From the NCBI GenBank assembly GCA_043812955.1, contig JBDRLN010000076.1, forward strand, positions 4,864-68,863: 64,000 bases of DNA. The letters run 5' to 3'. Below the pieces are notes generated by a model. It was not told the origin of the DNA and searched no databases. It was given only the letters and a program-made list of their open reading frames with translations. Positions 37,161-46,762 of this stretch are shown piece by piece. The position numbers and the translations under genes are program-made. Each line of letters starts with the position of its first letter. The first letter of the stretch is position 1. The DNA comes from Candidatus Omnitrophota bacterium (lineage in GTDB: Bacteria > Omnitrophota > Gorgyraeia > Gygaellales > Profunditerraquicolaceae).

Positions 37161-38016
37161 TAAAAGTAAGGTATTCTTCGGCCATATAGGAACTACGCAC
37201 ATAAGGATTGCTGGCTACGTAAAGAAATCCCAGCTTTAGGGCCTCTTCTTTATAATACCTAAATTTTCCCGGAGCAATATATTCCTTAACTGGATAATGC
37301 TTTAAGCTGGGAGCCAGATACTGGCCCAGGCTTAAAAAATCACAACCGATTCCGCGTAAATCCCGTAAGACTTCCAAGACTTCCTGCCCTGTCTCGCCCA
37401 GGCCCAGCATCAATCCGGATTTAGTATGAATACCGAGGAATTTTTTGATGGTATCTAGGACTTTTAAAGAGCGGACATAATCCGCTCCCTGTCTAATCTC
37501 TTTATAAAAATTAGGGACGGTCTCCAGATTATGACTAATCACCTGCGGTTTCGCCTGAATGATTTTTTCTAAATTTTCTGCCTCTCCTTTAAAATCCGGA
37601 ATAAGCGCCTCAATATTAATTATGGGATTTTCTCTACGGATAGCGGAAATCGTCTTGGCAAAAATATCCGCTCCCCCATCAGCCAGGTCATCACGAGTGA
37701 CACTGGTGACTACTACATATCTCAAACCAATTTTTTTAACTGCTTGAGCTATCCTTTCCGGTTCGCTTTTGTCAACCAACCCGGGTATACCTTTTTTTAC
37801 AGCACAGAACCGGCAGTCCCGGGTACAAATATCTCCTAAGATTAAAAAAGTAGCCGCATTCCTGGAGAAGCACTCATTAATATTCGGACACATCGCTTCC
37901 CGGCAAACCGTGTTGACGGAAAATTCTCCTAGAATATCCTGCACCGGTCCACTTGAGCCTTTGCTGATCTTTTTATTTAACCAATGCGGTTTCTTGAGGG
38001 TATTTGCGTAAGACAT
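37153..38016 (-). CDS. lipA: Lipoyl synthase
   Basis: Auxiliary cluster 'CREAMCPNINEC' and radical SAM motif 'CTRDCRFC'. Confidence 0.85.
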   Translation of the reverse strand: MSYANTLKKPHWLNKKISKGSSGPVQDILGEFSVNTVCREAMCPNINECFSRNAATFLILGDICTRDCRFCAVKKGIPGLVDKSEPERIAQAVKKIGLRYVVVTSVTRDDLADGGADIFAKTISAIRRENPIINIEALIPDFKGEAENLEKIIQAKPQVISHNLETVPNFYKEIRQGADYVRSLKVLDTIKKFLGIHTKSGLMLGLGETGQEVLEVLRDLRGIGCDFLSLGQYLAPSLKHYPVKEYIAPGKFRYYKEEALKLGFLYVASNPYVRSSYMAEEYLTFTP

Positions 38017-38800
38017 TCCACTCCGGGCTCTGGTATTTTTCTTTTTTTAGCCTATCTGCGGACTCTGATTCCTTAAAACTTAAGTCCCCCTCGATCAGTT
38101 CTACTTTAAAAACTTTTTCAAACGATTCTTTTAATAACTTCTCCAGGTCATTAAACGAAATCCGCGTTCCCAAGGCCTCTTCTAAAGAAATAACCTTATC
38201 TCCTAAGCCATATATATCCTGATTTAAAAAAGGCTTAAATTTATTAAAATCAAATTTTATAGGTATGGAGCCGTGCTGAAAGATAATATTTTTTATCCTT
38301 CTTTGGGAGCTACCTCCAAGTTTCCTCCCCCTGACCATAATATCATATTCTTCGCTGGATTCAAAGCAGAGAGCTTCGGCAGGACCACGGGCTCTTTGCG
38401 ATAATCCTTGAGATACAAAACCGGCATCTAGTCCTAGTTTACGGTAAGCCTTTAGGATAAAAGAAGAATTAATCTTAAAACTCTCTTTTACCGTATTAAA
38501 TAAGCCAGGGGTTATCTGAGGAAGACTTAATGAATAAGTCAATTCCTGGTCGTGAAAAATCGCTTCTCCGCCGGTAAACCTGCGTACAAAAGGAATCCTC
38601 GCTTTTTCGCATTTAGGAATATTTAAAACCTTAAAAGCATCCTGAAAATAACCTAAAGAGAAACTAGCCGGACTCCAGCCATAAAAACGTAAAGTAGGCA
38701 GCTCATATCCGGCTAATTGCTCTCTGGCAATAGCCTCGTCAATCGCCATATTGGTGTAGGGGTCGTTAAAACGGCCGGGGATTATTCGCCACTTACTCAT
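37973..38800 (-). CDS. Lipoate-protein ligase / octanoyltransferase family protein (BPL_LplA_LipB domain)
   Basis: 275 aa with an LplA-like catalytic domain ('FTGGEAIFHD'). There is no C-terminal accessory domain. Confidence 0.6.
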   Translation of the reverse strand: MSKWRIIPGRFNDPYTNMAIDEAIAREQLAGYELPTLRFYGWSPASFSLGYFQDAFKVLNIPKCEKARIPFVRRFTGGEAIFHDQELTYSLSLPQITPGLFNTVKESFKINSSFILKAYRKLGLDAGFVSQGLSQRARGPAEALCFESSEEYDIMVRGRKLGGSSQRRIKNIIFQHGSIPIKFDFNKFKPFLNQDIYGLGDKVISLEEALGTRISFNDLEKLLKESFEKVFKVELIEGDLSFKESESADRLKKEKYQSPEWNVLRKYPQETALVK

Positions 38801-38815
38801 TAGTAAACAAAAGAT

Positions 38816-40267
38816 TTATCGCGGCTGCCACCTCAGGTCCAGATCCCGGATTGCCTTAGTTTCATCCAGCCTTAAAACCGGGGTATTTTGGGGAGCGTCT
38901 TTAAGCCTTTGGGGATTGCTGATCGCTAAGCGGGAAGCTTCTTTCATTATTGCAATAAAATTATCCAGGGTTTCTTTGGATTCAGTCTCTGTCGGTTCAA
39001 TCATTATTGCTTCCGCAACGATCAACGGAAAATAAATGGTCGGAGGATGGATTTTTTTCTCGATCAAATACTTAGCAATATCCAAAGCGCTGACATCATT
39101 CTGCTTCTGTTTAGAGGCTGAAAAAACGCATTCATGCATACAGACCCGATCGTAAGGCAAGTCAAAATATTCCTTTAATTTTACCCGGCAGTAATTGGCA
39201 TTTAAGACCGCAGCCTCGGCAACTTCAATCAAGCCACTCTTGCCCAGAAATAAAATATAAGCATAGGCCTTAAGCATTACCCCAAAATTACCGTAGAAAG
39301 GAGCGATCCTGCCGATAGACTTAGGTTTATTAAATTCCGGCTTTATAGTTCCCTCGGCATCCTTAACTAACCTGGGCACCGGAAGAAATTCAACTAATTT
39401 TTTACTTACCCCCACCGGACCGGATCCCGGGCCCCCTCCTCCGTGAGGAGCGCCAAAACTCTTATGCAGGTTTAAATGGACTACATCAAAACCAAAATCT
39501 CCCGGCCGGGCCTTACCTAAAATAGGATTAAGATTAGCCCCGTCATAATAAACTAAGGCATCCACCTTATGCGCTGCGTCGCAAATCTGCTTGATCTGGG
39601 ATTCAAAAATCCCTAAAGTATTCGGGCAGGTCAGCATTACCGCAGCCACATCCGGATTTAACTTGGACTTAAAAATCTCCAGATCCATAAACCCATTCTT
39701 ATCCGAGGGAATAACTATTACTTCATAACCGGCAATAGCTGCGCTGGCCGGATTAGTCCCATGCGAAGAATCCGGGACAATTACGTATTTTCTCCTGTTG
39801 CCTTTAGCTTTATGATAAGCAGCGATCAACATAACTCCGGTCAGCTCTCCGTGGGCTCCGGCTAAAGGCTGGGTAGTAAAAGCATTCATCCCGGTTATCT
39901 CTGATAATAACCCTTCTAATTGATAGACAACTTCCAGCGCTCCTTGAGCAAATTTTTCTCCTGCCTCAAGCTGACAGATTAAGGGATGGATATCAGCAAA
40001 ACCTTCCATCCTGGCTATCTTCTCGGTAAATTTAGGATTATATTTCATAGTGCAGGAACCTAACGGATAGAAATTAGTATCTACGGAAAAATTCATCCGG
40101 GAGAGATTGGTAAAATGCCGGACTACGTCCAACTCCGAGGCCTGCGGTAAATTAGCTTTTTTGTTGCGTAGATATTTGGGGGCTAACCCGGGCTTTAGCG
40201 AAACATCCAGATTAGGCAACTTGACTGCCCTGCGCCCATCTTTACTCTTTTCGAATATCAATTGCAT
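38816..40267 (-). CDS. gcvPB: Glycine dehydrogenase (decarboxylating) subunit 2
   Basis: PLP-lysine region 'HLNLHKSF' in the context of a gcvT-H-PA-PB operon. Confidence 0.9.
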   Translation of the reverse strand: MQLIFEKSKDGRRAVKLPNLDVSLKPGLAPKYLRNKKANLPQASELDVVRHFTNLSRMNFSVDTNFYPLGSCTMKYNPKFTEKIARMEGFADIHPLICQLEAGEKFAQGALEVVYQLEGLLSEITGMNAFTTQPLAGAHGELTGVMLIAAYHKAKGNRRKYVIVPDSSHGTNPASAAIAGYEVIVIPSDKNGFMDLEIFKSKLNPDVAAVMLTCPNTLGIFESQIKQICDAAHKVDALVYYDGANLNPILGKARPGDFGFDVVHLNLHKSFGAPHGGGGPGSGPVGVSKKLVEFLPVPRLVKDAEGTIKPEFNKPKSIGRIAPFYGNFGVMLKAYAYILFLGKSGLIEVAEAAVLNANYCRVKLKEYFDLPYDRVCMHECVFSASKQKQNDVSALDIAKYLIEKKIHPPTIYFPLIVAEAIMIEPTETESKETLDNFIAIMKEASRLAISNPQRLKDAPQNTPVLRLDETKAIRDLDLRWQPR

Positions 40268-40280
40268 TGAGCACCTCTAT

Positions 40281-41618
40281 TTAAGCGGATAAAACTTCCT
40301 CCAGGGCCGAGGCATACTGAACAATATCATCCTTCGATTTAATCTCAGTAACCGTAACCAAAAGATAATTATCCATGCCTTTATAATATCTACCTAAAGG
40401 AAATCCGGCAATAAAACCTTTTGCAACCATCTCCTTAATCACCTGGTCCACTCTTTTAGGCAAGACTACCGTAAATTCATTAAAAGTAGGAGAGCTTCTT
40501 TTAACCTCGACTTTAGGTATTTTAGCTAAAAGTTCTTTAGCGAATTCACTCTTCTGATAATTTAGCTCGGCCAGCTCTTTTAAGCCTTCTTTGCCGATCA
40601 AAGAAAGATATATCAGGGCCCGGAGCGCGCACAAAGCCTGGTTAGAGCAGATATTGGAAGTAGCTTTTTCCCTACGGATATGCTGCTCCCTGGCTTGCAG
40701 GGTTAAAACAAAACCTCTTTTACCTTTCTTATCCACAGTCGCGCCCACGATCCTACCGGGCATCTTACGCACAAAATCTTTTTTCGCGCTCATAAAACCC
40801 AGATAAGGCCCGCCGAATGAAAGCGGCAACCCCAGGCTCTGACCTTCGCCAACAGCAATATCCACGCCCATCTCTGCCGGAGACTTCAGCATCCCCAAAG
40901 ATATAGGATAAACCGATTCAATAACCAGGCTTCCGTATGAATGGGCCTTTTCAACAATATCCGTATGATCATCAACCGCTCCGAAGAAATTCGGGTTCTG
41001 AAGTATTACTGCCGCGGTTTTATCATCTAAATGTTTATAGATCTCCTCCCGACAGCTCTGGCCGTGGACTACCTGGGTCTCTACGAATTCAATATTTAAA
41101 TTTGCGGTATAGCTATAAAGCATACTGCGGTAAATAAAATTTACCCCGCTATCCAGAACAATCTTATTCCTACCGCTAATCCTTAAAGCCATCATAGCCG
41201 CTTCAAAAATAGCTGTGCCGCCGTCATATAATGAGGCATTGGCTACATCCAAACCAGTTAGCTCACAGATCGCGGTCTGGTATTCGTAAATTGACTGCAG
41301 CCACCCTTGGGATGACTCCGGTTGATAGGGAGTATAGGCGGTATAAAATTCCGAACGACTGGCTAATTCATCTACTGCCGCCGGAATAAAATGCTGATAA
41401 AACCCTGCTCCCAGGAAATTCTTTAGGCCGGATACATTTAATGAAGCGAGCCTACGGCAATATTCAACTACCTCTAATTCAGATATACCCTCTGGTAGCT
41501 TTAAAGATTTAACCCTTAATTCCGGCGGAATATCCTTAAACAGGTCTTCGATCGAAGATACACCAATGGCCTTAAGCATCTCCTGAACATCAGCCTGAGT
41601 ATGTGGGACAAAATTCAT
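40281..41618 (-). CDS. gcvPA: Glycine dehydrogenase (decarboxylating) subunit 1
   Basis: 445-aa GcvP N-terminal-type protein adjacent to gcvPB and gcvH. Confidence 0.9.
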   Translation of the reverse strand: MNFVPHTQADVQEMLKAIGVSSIEDLFKDIPPELRVKSLKLPEGISELEVVEYCRRLASLNVSGLKNFLGAGFYQHFIPAAVDELASRSEFYTAYTPYQPESSQGWLQSIYEYQTAICELTGLDVANASLYDGGTAIFEAAMMALRISGRNKIVLDSGVNFIYRSMLYSYTANLNIEFVETQVVHGQSCREEIYKHLDDKTAAVILQNPNFFGAVDDHTDIVEKAHSYGSLVIESVYPISLGMLKSPAEMGVDIAVGEGQSLGLPLSFGGPYLGFMSAKKDFVRKMPGRIVGATVDKKGKRGFVLTLQAREQHIRREKATSNICSNQALCALRALIYLSLIGKEGLKELAELNYQKSEFAKELLAKIPKVEVKRSSPTFNEFTVVLPKRVDQVIKEMVAKGFIAGFPLGRYYKGMDNYLLVTVTEIKSKDDIVQYASALEEVLSA

Positions 41619-42008
41619 TTATTTCAACCCCTTTAAATAATCCTTATAAGCGCTTGAGTCCATTAAATTTTTCTTCTCAGCCTCATTCTTAATCTCAACT
41701 TGCACAAACCAGGCCTCGCCATAAGGAGCTTTATTAATCAACTCCGGTTTATTAACCAGGTCAGAATTTACCTTTACCACTTTACCGGATAAAGGCGCGA
41801 ATACATCCGAAGCCGCTTTTACTGATTCCACAGTAGCAAACATTTTGCCTTGGGATAATTCAGCGCCTAGCTTAGGTAATTCCACAAAAGTAACATCGCC
41901 TAAGGCATGCTGGGCATGATCAGAAATGCCAAAGGTAGCCAGATTACCTTCGATCTTAACCCATTCATGTTCCTTAGTATAAAATAATCCTTCGCATACC
42001 TCTTCCAT
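41619..42008 (-). CDS. gcvH: Glycine cleavage system H protein
   Basis: Lipoyl-lysine motif 'ESVKAASD'. Confidence 0.9.
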   Translation of the reverse strand: MEEVCEGLFYTKEHEWVKIEGNLATFGISDHAQHALGDVTFVELPKLGAELSQGKMFATVESVKAASDVFAPLSGKVVKVNSDLVNKPELINKAPYGEAWFVQVEIKNEAEKKNLMDSSAYKDYLKGLK

Positions 42009-42034
42009 TATCTTCCTCCTTATTATACCATTAT

Positions 42035-42069
42035 TCCACCCCGTAGGTGGGCTCCACCTACGGGGTGGA
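42035..42069. repeat. REP-like palindrome, copy 3
   Basis: CCACCCCGTAGGTGG-gctc-CACCTACGGGGTGG, 27 nt upstream of the gcvH ATG. Confidence 0.7.
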
Positions 42070-42077
42070 TACGGTTA

Positions 42078-43163
42078 TTATGACCTTAGGCTGCTGTTTT
42101 TATAAAATGGCTTATCGGTGATAGTCGCCTCAATCTCAACATTATTATCCTTAAGAATTATTTTATCTCCTTTTTTTACGCTATTTTTAACATAACCCAT
42201 CCCTATGCTAACCCCCAGGCTAGGAGCAAAAGATCCGCTGGTGACAAAACCTATTTCCCGGTCCTTAGCCCAAATCTTATAATTATGCCGGGCAGACCTA
42301 CGAGAAGCAGTAACAAATGAAACTAAATTTCTAGTTAGTCCTTTTTTTCTTTGTCCCAAAAGAGCATCTTTACCGATAAAATCTTTATTAAAATCTAAAT
42401 ATCTCTCCATACCAGCTTCTAGGGGAGTAATATCTTGGTCAATATCCTGTCCGTATAAGCTATACCCCATTTCCAGGCGCAGGGTATCTCTAGCTCCTAA
42501 ACCGGCAGGCTTAACTAATTTATTCTTTAATAACAACTCCCATAGTTCTTTTATTTTAGGATTAGATAGGTATATCTCATATCCTAATTCTCCGGTATAT
42601 CCGGTGCGACTAATGATATTTTTCTCCCCTAAAATATCAAAATAGTCAAAGGTATAATATTTTAGTTTATTTATCTGCGAACCTACGATACTATTCAGTA
42701 CTTCCCGGGAAAAAGGCCCCTGCAAATCTAGTTTTCCAATTTTAGAAGAAACATTTTTTAAGTCAACATCTTTAAAAAGATGTCCTCTTAGATTACCCTC
42801 ATCGGCGGCTGTGGTAGCGGCATTAACTACTAACATCCATTCATCCGGCTTAATCTGGTAAACAATCAGGTCATCGATTATGCCGCCCTTTTCATTAAGC
42901 ATTGAGGTGTAACGGCACTTTCCGCAGGGCATATCTTTTAAATTCACCGTTAAAATCCTGTCTAACCCGCTTTTAACCGGATCTGCCTTAAGCAAAAACT
43001 CTCCCATATGGCAGATATCAAACACGCTGGTCTTATTCCGAGTCCAGATATGCTCATTCAGGATACCGCTATATTGGATCGGCATCAACCAACCGCCAAA
43101 AGCAGCCATTTGGGCTCCCAACTTTTCATGTTCGAAAAAAAGAGGAGTCTTTTTTAGGTCCAT
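42078..43163 (-). CDS. gcvT: Aminomethyltransferase (glycine cleavage T protein)
   Basis: 361 aa with 'GYTGELGYEIY'. Confidence 0.9.
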   Translation of the reverse strand: MDLKKTPLFFEHEKLGAQMAAFGGWLMPIQYSGILNEHIWTRNKTSVFDICHMGEFLLKADPVKSGLDRILTVNLKDMPCGKCRYTSMLNEKGGIIDDLIVYQIKPDEWMLVVNAATTAADEGNLRGHLFKDVDLKNVSSKIGKLDLQGPFSREVLNSIVGSQINKLKYYTFDYFDILGEKNIISRTGYTGELGYEIYLSNPKIKELWELLLKNKLVKPAGLGARDTLRLEMGYSLYGQDIDQDITPLEAGMERYLDFNKDFIGKDALLGQRKKGLTRNLVSFVTASRRSARHNYKIWAKDREIGFVTSGSFAPSLGVSIGMGYVKNSVKKGDKIILKDNNVEIEATITDKPFYKNSSLRS

Positions 43164-43205
43164 ATTAAGGCATTATAAGAAAAAACAAGAGATTAGTCAA
43201 ATGGT

Positions 43206-43541
43206 TTACATACCGACCATAACAGGAACAGTGATATAAATATAACGTAACTTCTGATTGCGGCTATTTCTTATATCGTGGTTGGTTTCGGGAGGAATGT
43301 AAACCAGGCTTTCTTTGCCGGCGGTAAATACAAAGGCGCCTTCCACATAAACATCCGCTTCCCCTTCTAGGACAATAATCGCCTCTTCTTTACCTTGAGT
43401 TTTATGCTCTCCCACGGATTCGCCAGGTTTCAAAGTCACGCATCCAGATTTCATTCCGGCGGTAGAAGGCGCGCCATTAAGCAGGCGCTGATATTCATCG
43501 GTTTGGGTTAATTTTATAAGGACCGGTGACTTATCATTCAT
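43206..43541 (-). CDS. Cupin domain protein
   Basis: 111 aa with two-His cupin motifs ('GESVGEHKTQGKEEAIIVLEGE', 'PPETNHDIRN'). Confidence 0.5.
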   Translation of the reverse strand: MNDKSPVLIKLTQTDEYQRLLNGAPSTAGMKSGCVTLKPGESVGEHKTQGKEEAIIVLEGEADVYVEGAFVFTAGKESLVYIPPETNHDIRNSRNQKLRYIYITVPVMVGM

Positions 43542-44293
43542 TTGGAATTCTTATTTATCAGGGCAGCGATATATCCCGCGCCAAAACCGTTATTAATATT
43601 AACTACCGATACATTCGGGGCGCAGCTATTAAGCATAGTTAATAAAGGCGCGATACCCATAAAATTAGCCCCGTAACCGACTGATGTAGGCACGGCAATT
43701 ACCGGGCAAGCAGCCATCCCTCCGATAACCGAAGGTAAAACTCCGTCCATTCCAGCCAAAACTATGATGCAACGGCTCTTAGAGATCCGTTTAAAACAAT
43801 CCAAAATCCGGTGGATTCCGGCTACACCCACATCATAAACCCTTTCAACATGGCTGCCAAACACTTGAGCAGTTACTGCCGCTTCTTCAGCAGCCGGTAT
43901 ATCTGCTGTGCCTGCGCAAACCACCGAAACTAACCCCTTACGCGTGGTGAGTTTTCCTTCTAAATAAATAGCCCTGGCCAAAGAATTGTAGGTAACTTTG
44001 GGATTTATTTTCTTAATTTGAGTATAAATCTTTTCGTCCGCCCGGGTTAATAATACAAACTTATTTCTTTTAGCCAGCGACTTAAAGATAGCTTTAATCT
44101 GCTCCTGAGTCTTGCCCGGACAGAAAACAACTTCAGGAAATCCAACCCGCATCTGGCGATGGTGGTCAACCTTGGCAAATCCTAAGTCCTCATAAGGCAA
44201 ATGCCTTAATTCTTCAAAGGCGTCATTAATTGAGATACGCTTAGCCTTTACCCGGGAAAGCAGATTAATTATCTTTTTCTTTTCCATCCCCAA
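43538..44293 (-). CDS. larB: Nickel-pincer cofactor biosynthesis protein LarB-like (PurE-like pyridinium-3,5-biscarboxylic acid mononucleotide synthase)
   Basis: N-terminal 'AKVDHHRQMRVGFPEVVFCPGKT' region plus a PurE-like C-terminal half ('VVCAGTADIPAAEEA'). Adjacent to a LarE-like gene. Confidence 0.55.
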   Translation of the reverse strand: MGMEKKKIINLLSRVKAKRISINDAFEELRHLPYEDLGFAKVDHHRQMRVGFPEVVFCPGKTQEQIKAIFKSLAKRNKFVLLTRADEKIYTQIKKINPKVTYNSLARAIYLEGKLTTRKGLVSVVCAGTADIPAAEEAAVTAQVFGSHVERVYDVGVAGIHRILDCFKRISKSRCIIVLAGMDGVLPSVIGGMAACPVIAVPTSVGYGANFMGIAPLLTMLNSCAPNVSVVNINNGFGAGYIAALINKNSK

Positions 44294-45078
44294 ATCTCAT
44301 TCATTGAGCCTATCCGGTAACCTTCAAGGTCTATTGTAACATAAGTAAATCCCAAAGATTTCATTTTTTTTATAATCCGGATTCTATCTTTAAGGATAAT
44401 CGACACATCTTCATTCCCAGCCTCAATACGGCACAAATTTGAGTGATTACGCACTCTGAACTGCGTAATTCTTAGGGCGCGCAAGAATTCTTCCGCCTTC
44501 TCAACCATCAAAAGTTTCTTTCTAGTGATTCTCTCTCCATAAGCAAAGCGTGAGCCTAAACAAGCCATTGCCGGCTTATTCCAAGTATCTAAACCCATAT
44601 CTTTCGAAAGTAAGCGAATATCTTTCTTAGTCAACCCTACTTCCTGCAAAGGGCTCCTGATCCCCAGCTCCTTGAGCGCTTTTCTACCCGGACGATAATC
44701 CATTAGGTCATCGGCATTAGAGCCGTCTATAACCGCGGAAAACCCTTTACAACGGGCAATGCCGATAAGACCGGAAAAAACTTCCTTCTTACAATAATAA
44801 CAACGATCCTTAGGGTTATTCAGCAACTCCGGGACCAATCTCTGTTTAACAAATTGATGAGAAATCTTGATTTTCTTGGCCAGGCGCCGGGCTTCTTTCT
44901 TTTCAGACTCAGACAGGAACGCTGACACACAAGTCACTGCTAAAACTCTATTCTTTAATGTATCAACGGCTGTTTTGGCCAGAAAAGTGCTATCAACCCC
45001 TCCGGAAAACGCGATAACCGCTGAACCAATATCTTCAAGAATATATTGGAGTTTCTTTAATTTATTATTTATCTCCAT
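44269..45078 (-). CDS. larE: LarE-like PP-loop ATP pyrophosphatase (sacrificial sulfur transferase family)
   Basis: PP-loop 'AFSGGVDSTFLA', plus 'DRCYYCK' and a candidate sacrificial Cys in 'AMACLGSRF'. Confidence 0.55.
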   Translation of the reverse strand: MEINNKLKKLQYILEDIGSAVIAFSGGVDSTFLAKTAVDTLKNRVLAVTCVSAFLSESEKKEARRLAKKIKISHQFVKQRLVPELLNNPKDRCYYCKKEVFSGLIGIARCKGFSAVIDGSNADDLMDYRPGRKALKELGIRSPLQEVGLTKKDIRLLSKDMGLDTWNKPAMACLGSRFAYGERITRKKLLMVEKAEEFLRALRITQFRVRNHSNLCRIEAGNEDVSIILKDRIRIIKKMKSLGFTYVTIDLEGYRIGSMNEIWGWKRKR

Positions 45079-45099
45079 GACTGCTTATTTTACCATTAA

Positions 45100-45211
45100 T
45101 TAGGGGACGTTTCTATTTAAAATTAGGGGACGTTTCTATTTTTCAATGTTTAGATAGACAGAAAAATAGAAACGTCCCCTAATTTGTCCCCTTATTTACG
45201 TCCCCTAAAAT
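45100..45211. promoter_or_regulatory. Array of five AGGGGACG(T) boxes (two direct, three inverted), including a 19-bp hairpin
   Basis: TTAGGGGACGTTTCTATTT at 45100-45118 and 45123-45141. Inverted copy AAATAGAAACGTCCCCTAA at 45164-45182. Further GTCCCCTTA and ACGTCCCCTAA units at 45185-45211. The array lies between the stop of the last hydrogenase-operon gene and the larE start. Confidence 0.5.
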
Positions 45212-45221
45212 ATCCGCTTTT

Positions 45222-45506
45222 TTACCTTAATTTTGCATATTCGGCTAAGGTTGAATTCTTCTTGCTGACAAAAACAACCATAACCCAACAGGCAAATATA
45301 GCAGCCGTAATCGTTATGCCTAACATCAAGTCGCCGATAATATTTTTTGAAATAAAGAATATCTCGCCATTCCATAAGTGGTCAATAAGTCCGAATAATG
45401 AACCACCCAAAAACATCAAGCTAAGCCACCCTATCTTGATGTTTTTTGTCTTATGCCAAACTGCAGATGTAATTATAGCGCTTGCGGTTGGAAAAATATA
45501 ACACAT
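45222..45506 (-). CDS. Hypothetical small membrane protein
   Basis: 94 aa with 2-3 TM helices. Preferred over the overlapping + strand ORF (45184-45501), whose sequence is low-complexity. Confidence 0.3.
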   Translation of the reverse strand: MCYIFPTASAIITSAVWHKTKNIKIGWLSLMFLGGSLFGLIDHLWNGEIFFISKNIIGDLMLGITITAAIFACWVMVVFVSKKNSTLAEYAKLR

Positions 45507-45579
45507 CGTTGCACCCTCCTCTCGTCAAACCTTATGCATTACTAAATTAGCACGCCCCAAAATGCCTGTCAATAAAAAG

Positions 45580-46761
45580 CTAAATTCCTAAATCTGTCGG
45601 CGCCCTGCCGATAGAACGCAGCAACTGAATAATTGTCTCGATTCTTTTCTCAACATCCTCTTTTACTCCCGCACGATCAGGGTAAATATCATAAAACTGC
45701 TGGTATTTCCTGGGCGTTACATTAATCATTAAGGAATTCGCTCCGGCCATCAGCCCTAACCTTAAAGCATTTACTCTATCTAAGGTCTCAAATGAAGTAT
45801 TTACTAAGATCTGGGCTTTAGGATTTAAAATTCTCGCATTAGCAATTGTATTTAAGACTGTCTCAGTTGAAACCGTGGGAGTATTTGCCATAGGCGTATC
45901 CGGATGGGATATAAAAGGACCGAAAGAGAACATATCAGCCCCAAGGGTATTAGTCAATTCAATATTCTTTTTTACATCCTCTTCTTTTTCGCTAGGTAAG
46001 CCAATAAGAAAACCAGTCATGACTAAATACCCTATATTATGAAGTCTCCTGATCAACTCCAGCCTATCTTTAAGATCCCGGCCTGGCCTTAACTTAGCGT
46101 AAAATTGCGGATTGGCAGTTTCGAAACGTAAGAGTACGCCCCTGGCCCCTTCTTTATACAACCTTTCATATAGGCTGAAGTCTCTTTCGCCTAAGCTTAA
46201 TATGATCAAAGAAGGTGAATCTTGCCGGATCTTCTTTATCAGATAAACTAATTTCTCCTGGTCATACCAGGGATCTTCTCCGGACTGCAATACTAGGGCC
46301 TTAAACCTTAATTTATGCACGGCAAGGCTAGCCGTCTCTAATATCTCATCTAAGCCCATCCTGTATCGGGTGAGTTTTGAATTGCTTTGCCGGATCCCGC
46401 AATAAAAACAATCCATTTGGCAATAATTTGAGAATTCAATAATAGCGTGGGTGCAACAGGAATTTCCATGGTATTTCTGGCGCAGGTTATTGGCCCTCTG
46501 ATAAAGGGTCTTGGGGTCTTTTTGGATTAGCTGGCTATCGATCTCCTGAAGCTTAAAAAATAATTCCTTCCAGCTTTCTAATGCCGGCAAGGCTTCTCTT
46601 TCGCTTACTTTTTGAATAATAAAACCACCCTGGGCATAGGCATAATCGCCTATTTTTAAATCAAAGAATTCATTCCTGGCTTTTTTCTGCTCGCCGAAAT
46701 ATTCGACGCTAACTATATTCTCTTTTATACCGGTGATCTTGCCGGGGATAGCGTAGCACAT
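45580..46761 (-). CDS. Radical SAM maturase HydE homologue with N-terminal HypC-like domain (fusion)
   Basis: Residues 1-60 'MCYAIPGKITGI...IGDYAYAQGGFIIQKVSEREA' match the HypC/HupF pattern (MC-x-[AG]-[IV]-P ... GD[YW]V..H.GFA...EA). The remainder matches HydE: 'CQMDCFYCGIRQSNSKLTRYRM', 'LQSGEDP', 'LLRFETANP', 'GPFISHPDTPMAN' and 'YPDR'. Confidence 0.65.
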   Translation of the reverse strand: MCYAIPGKITGIKENIVSVEYFGEQKKARNEFFDLKIGDYAYAQGGFIIQKVSEREALPALESWKELFFKLQEIDSQLIQKDPKTLYQRANNLRQKYHGNSCCTHAIIEFSNYCQMDCFYCGIRQSNSKLTRYRMGLDEILETASLAVHKLRFKALVLQSGEDPWYDQEKLVYLIKKIRQDSPSLIILSLGERDFSLYERLYKEGARGVLLRFETANPQFYAKLRPGRDLKDRLELIRRLHNIGYLVMTGFLIGLPSEKEEDVKKNIELTNTLGADMFSFGPFISHPDTPMANTPTVSTETVLNTIANARILNPKAQILVNTSFETLDRVNALRLGLMAGANSLMINVTPRKYQQFYDIYPDRAGVKEDVEKRIETIIQLLRSIGRAPTDLGI

Positions 46762-46762
46762 A

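Noticed and set aside
45184-45501. 105-aa + strand ORF
   Set aside because: It overlaps a minus-strand 94-aa ORF that has clear TM-helix composition and fits the operon direction. The + strand translation is low-complexity.
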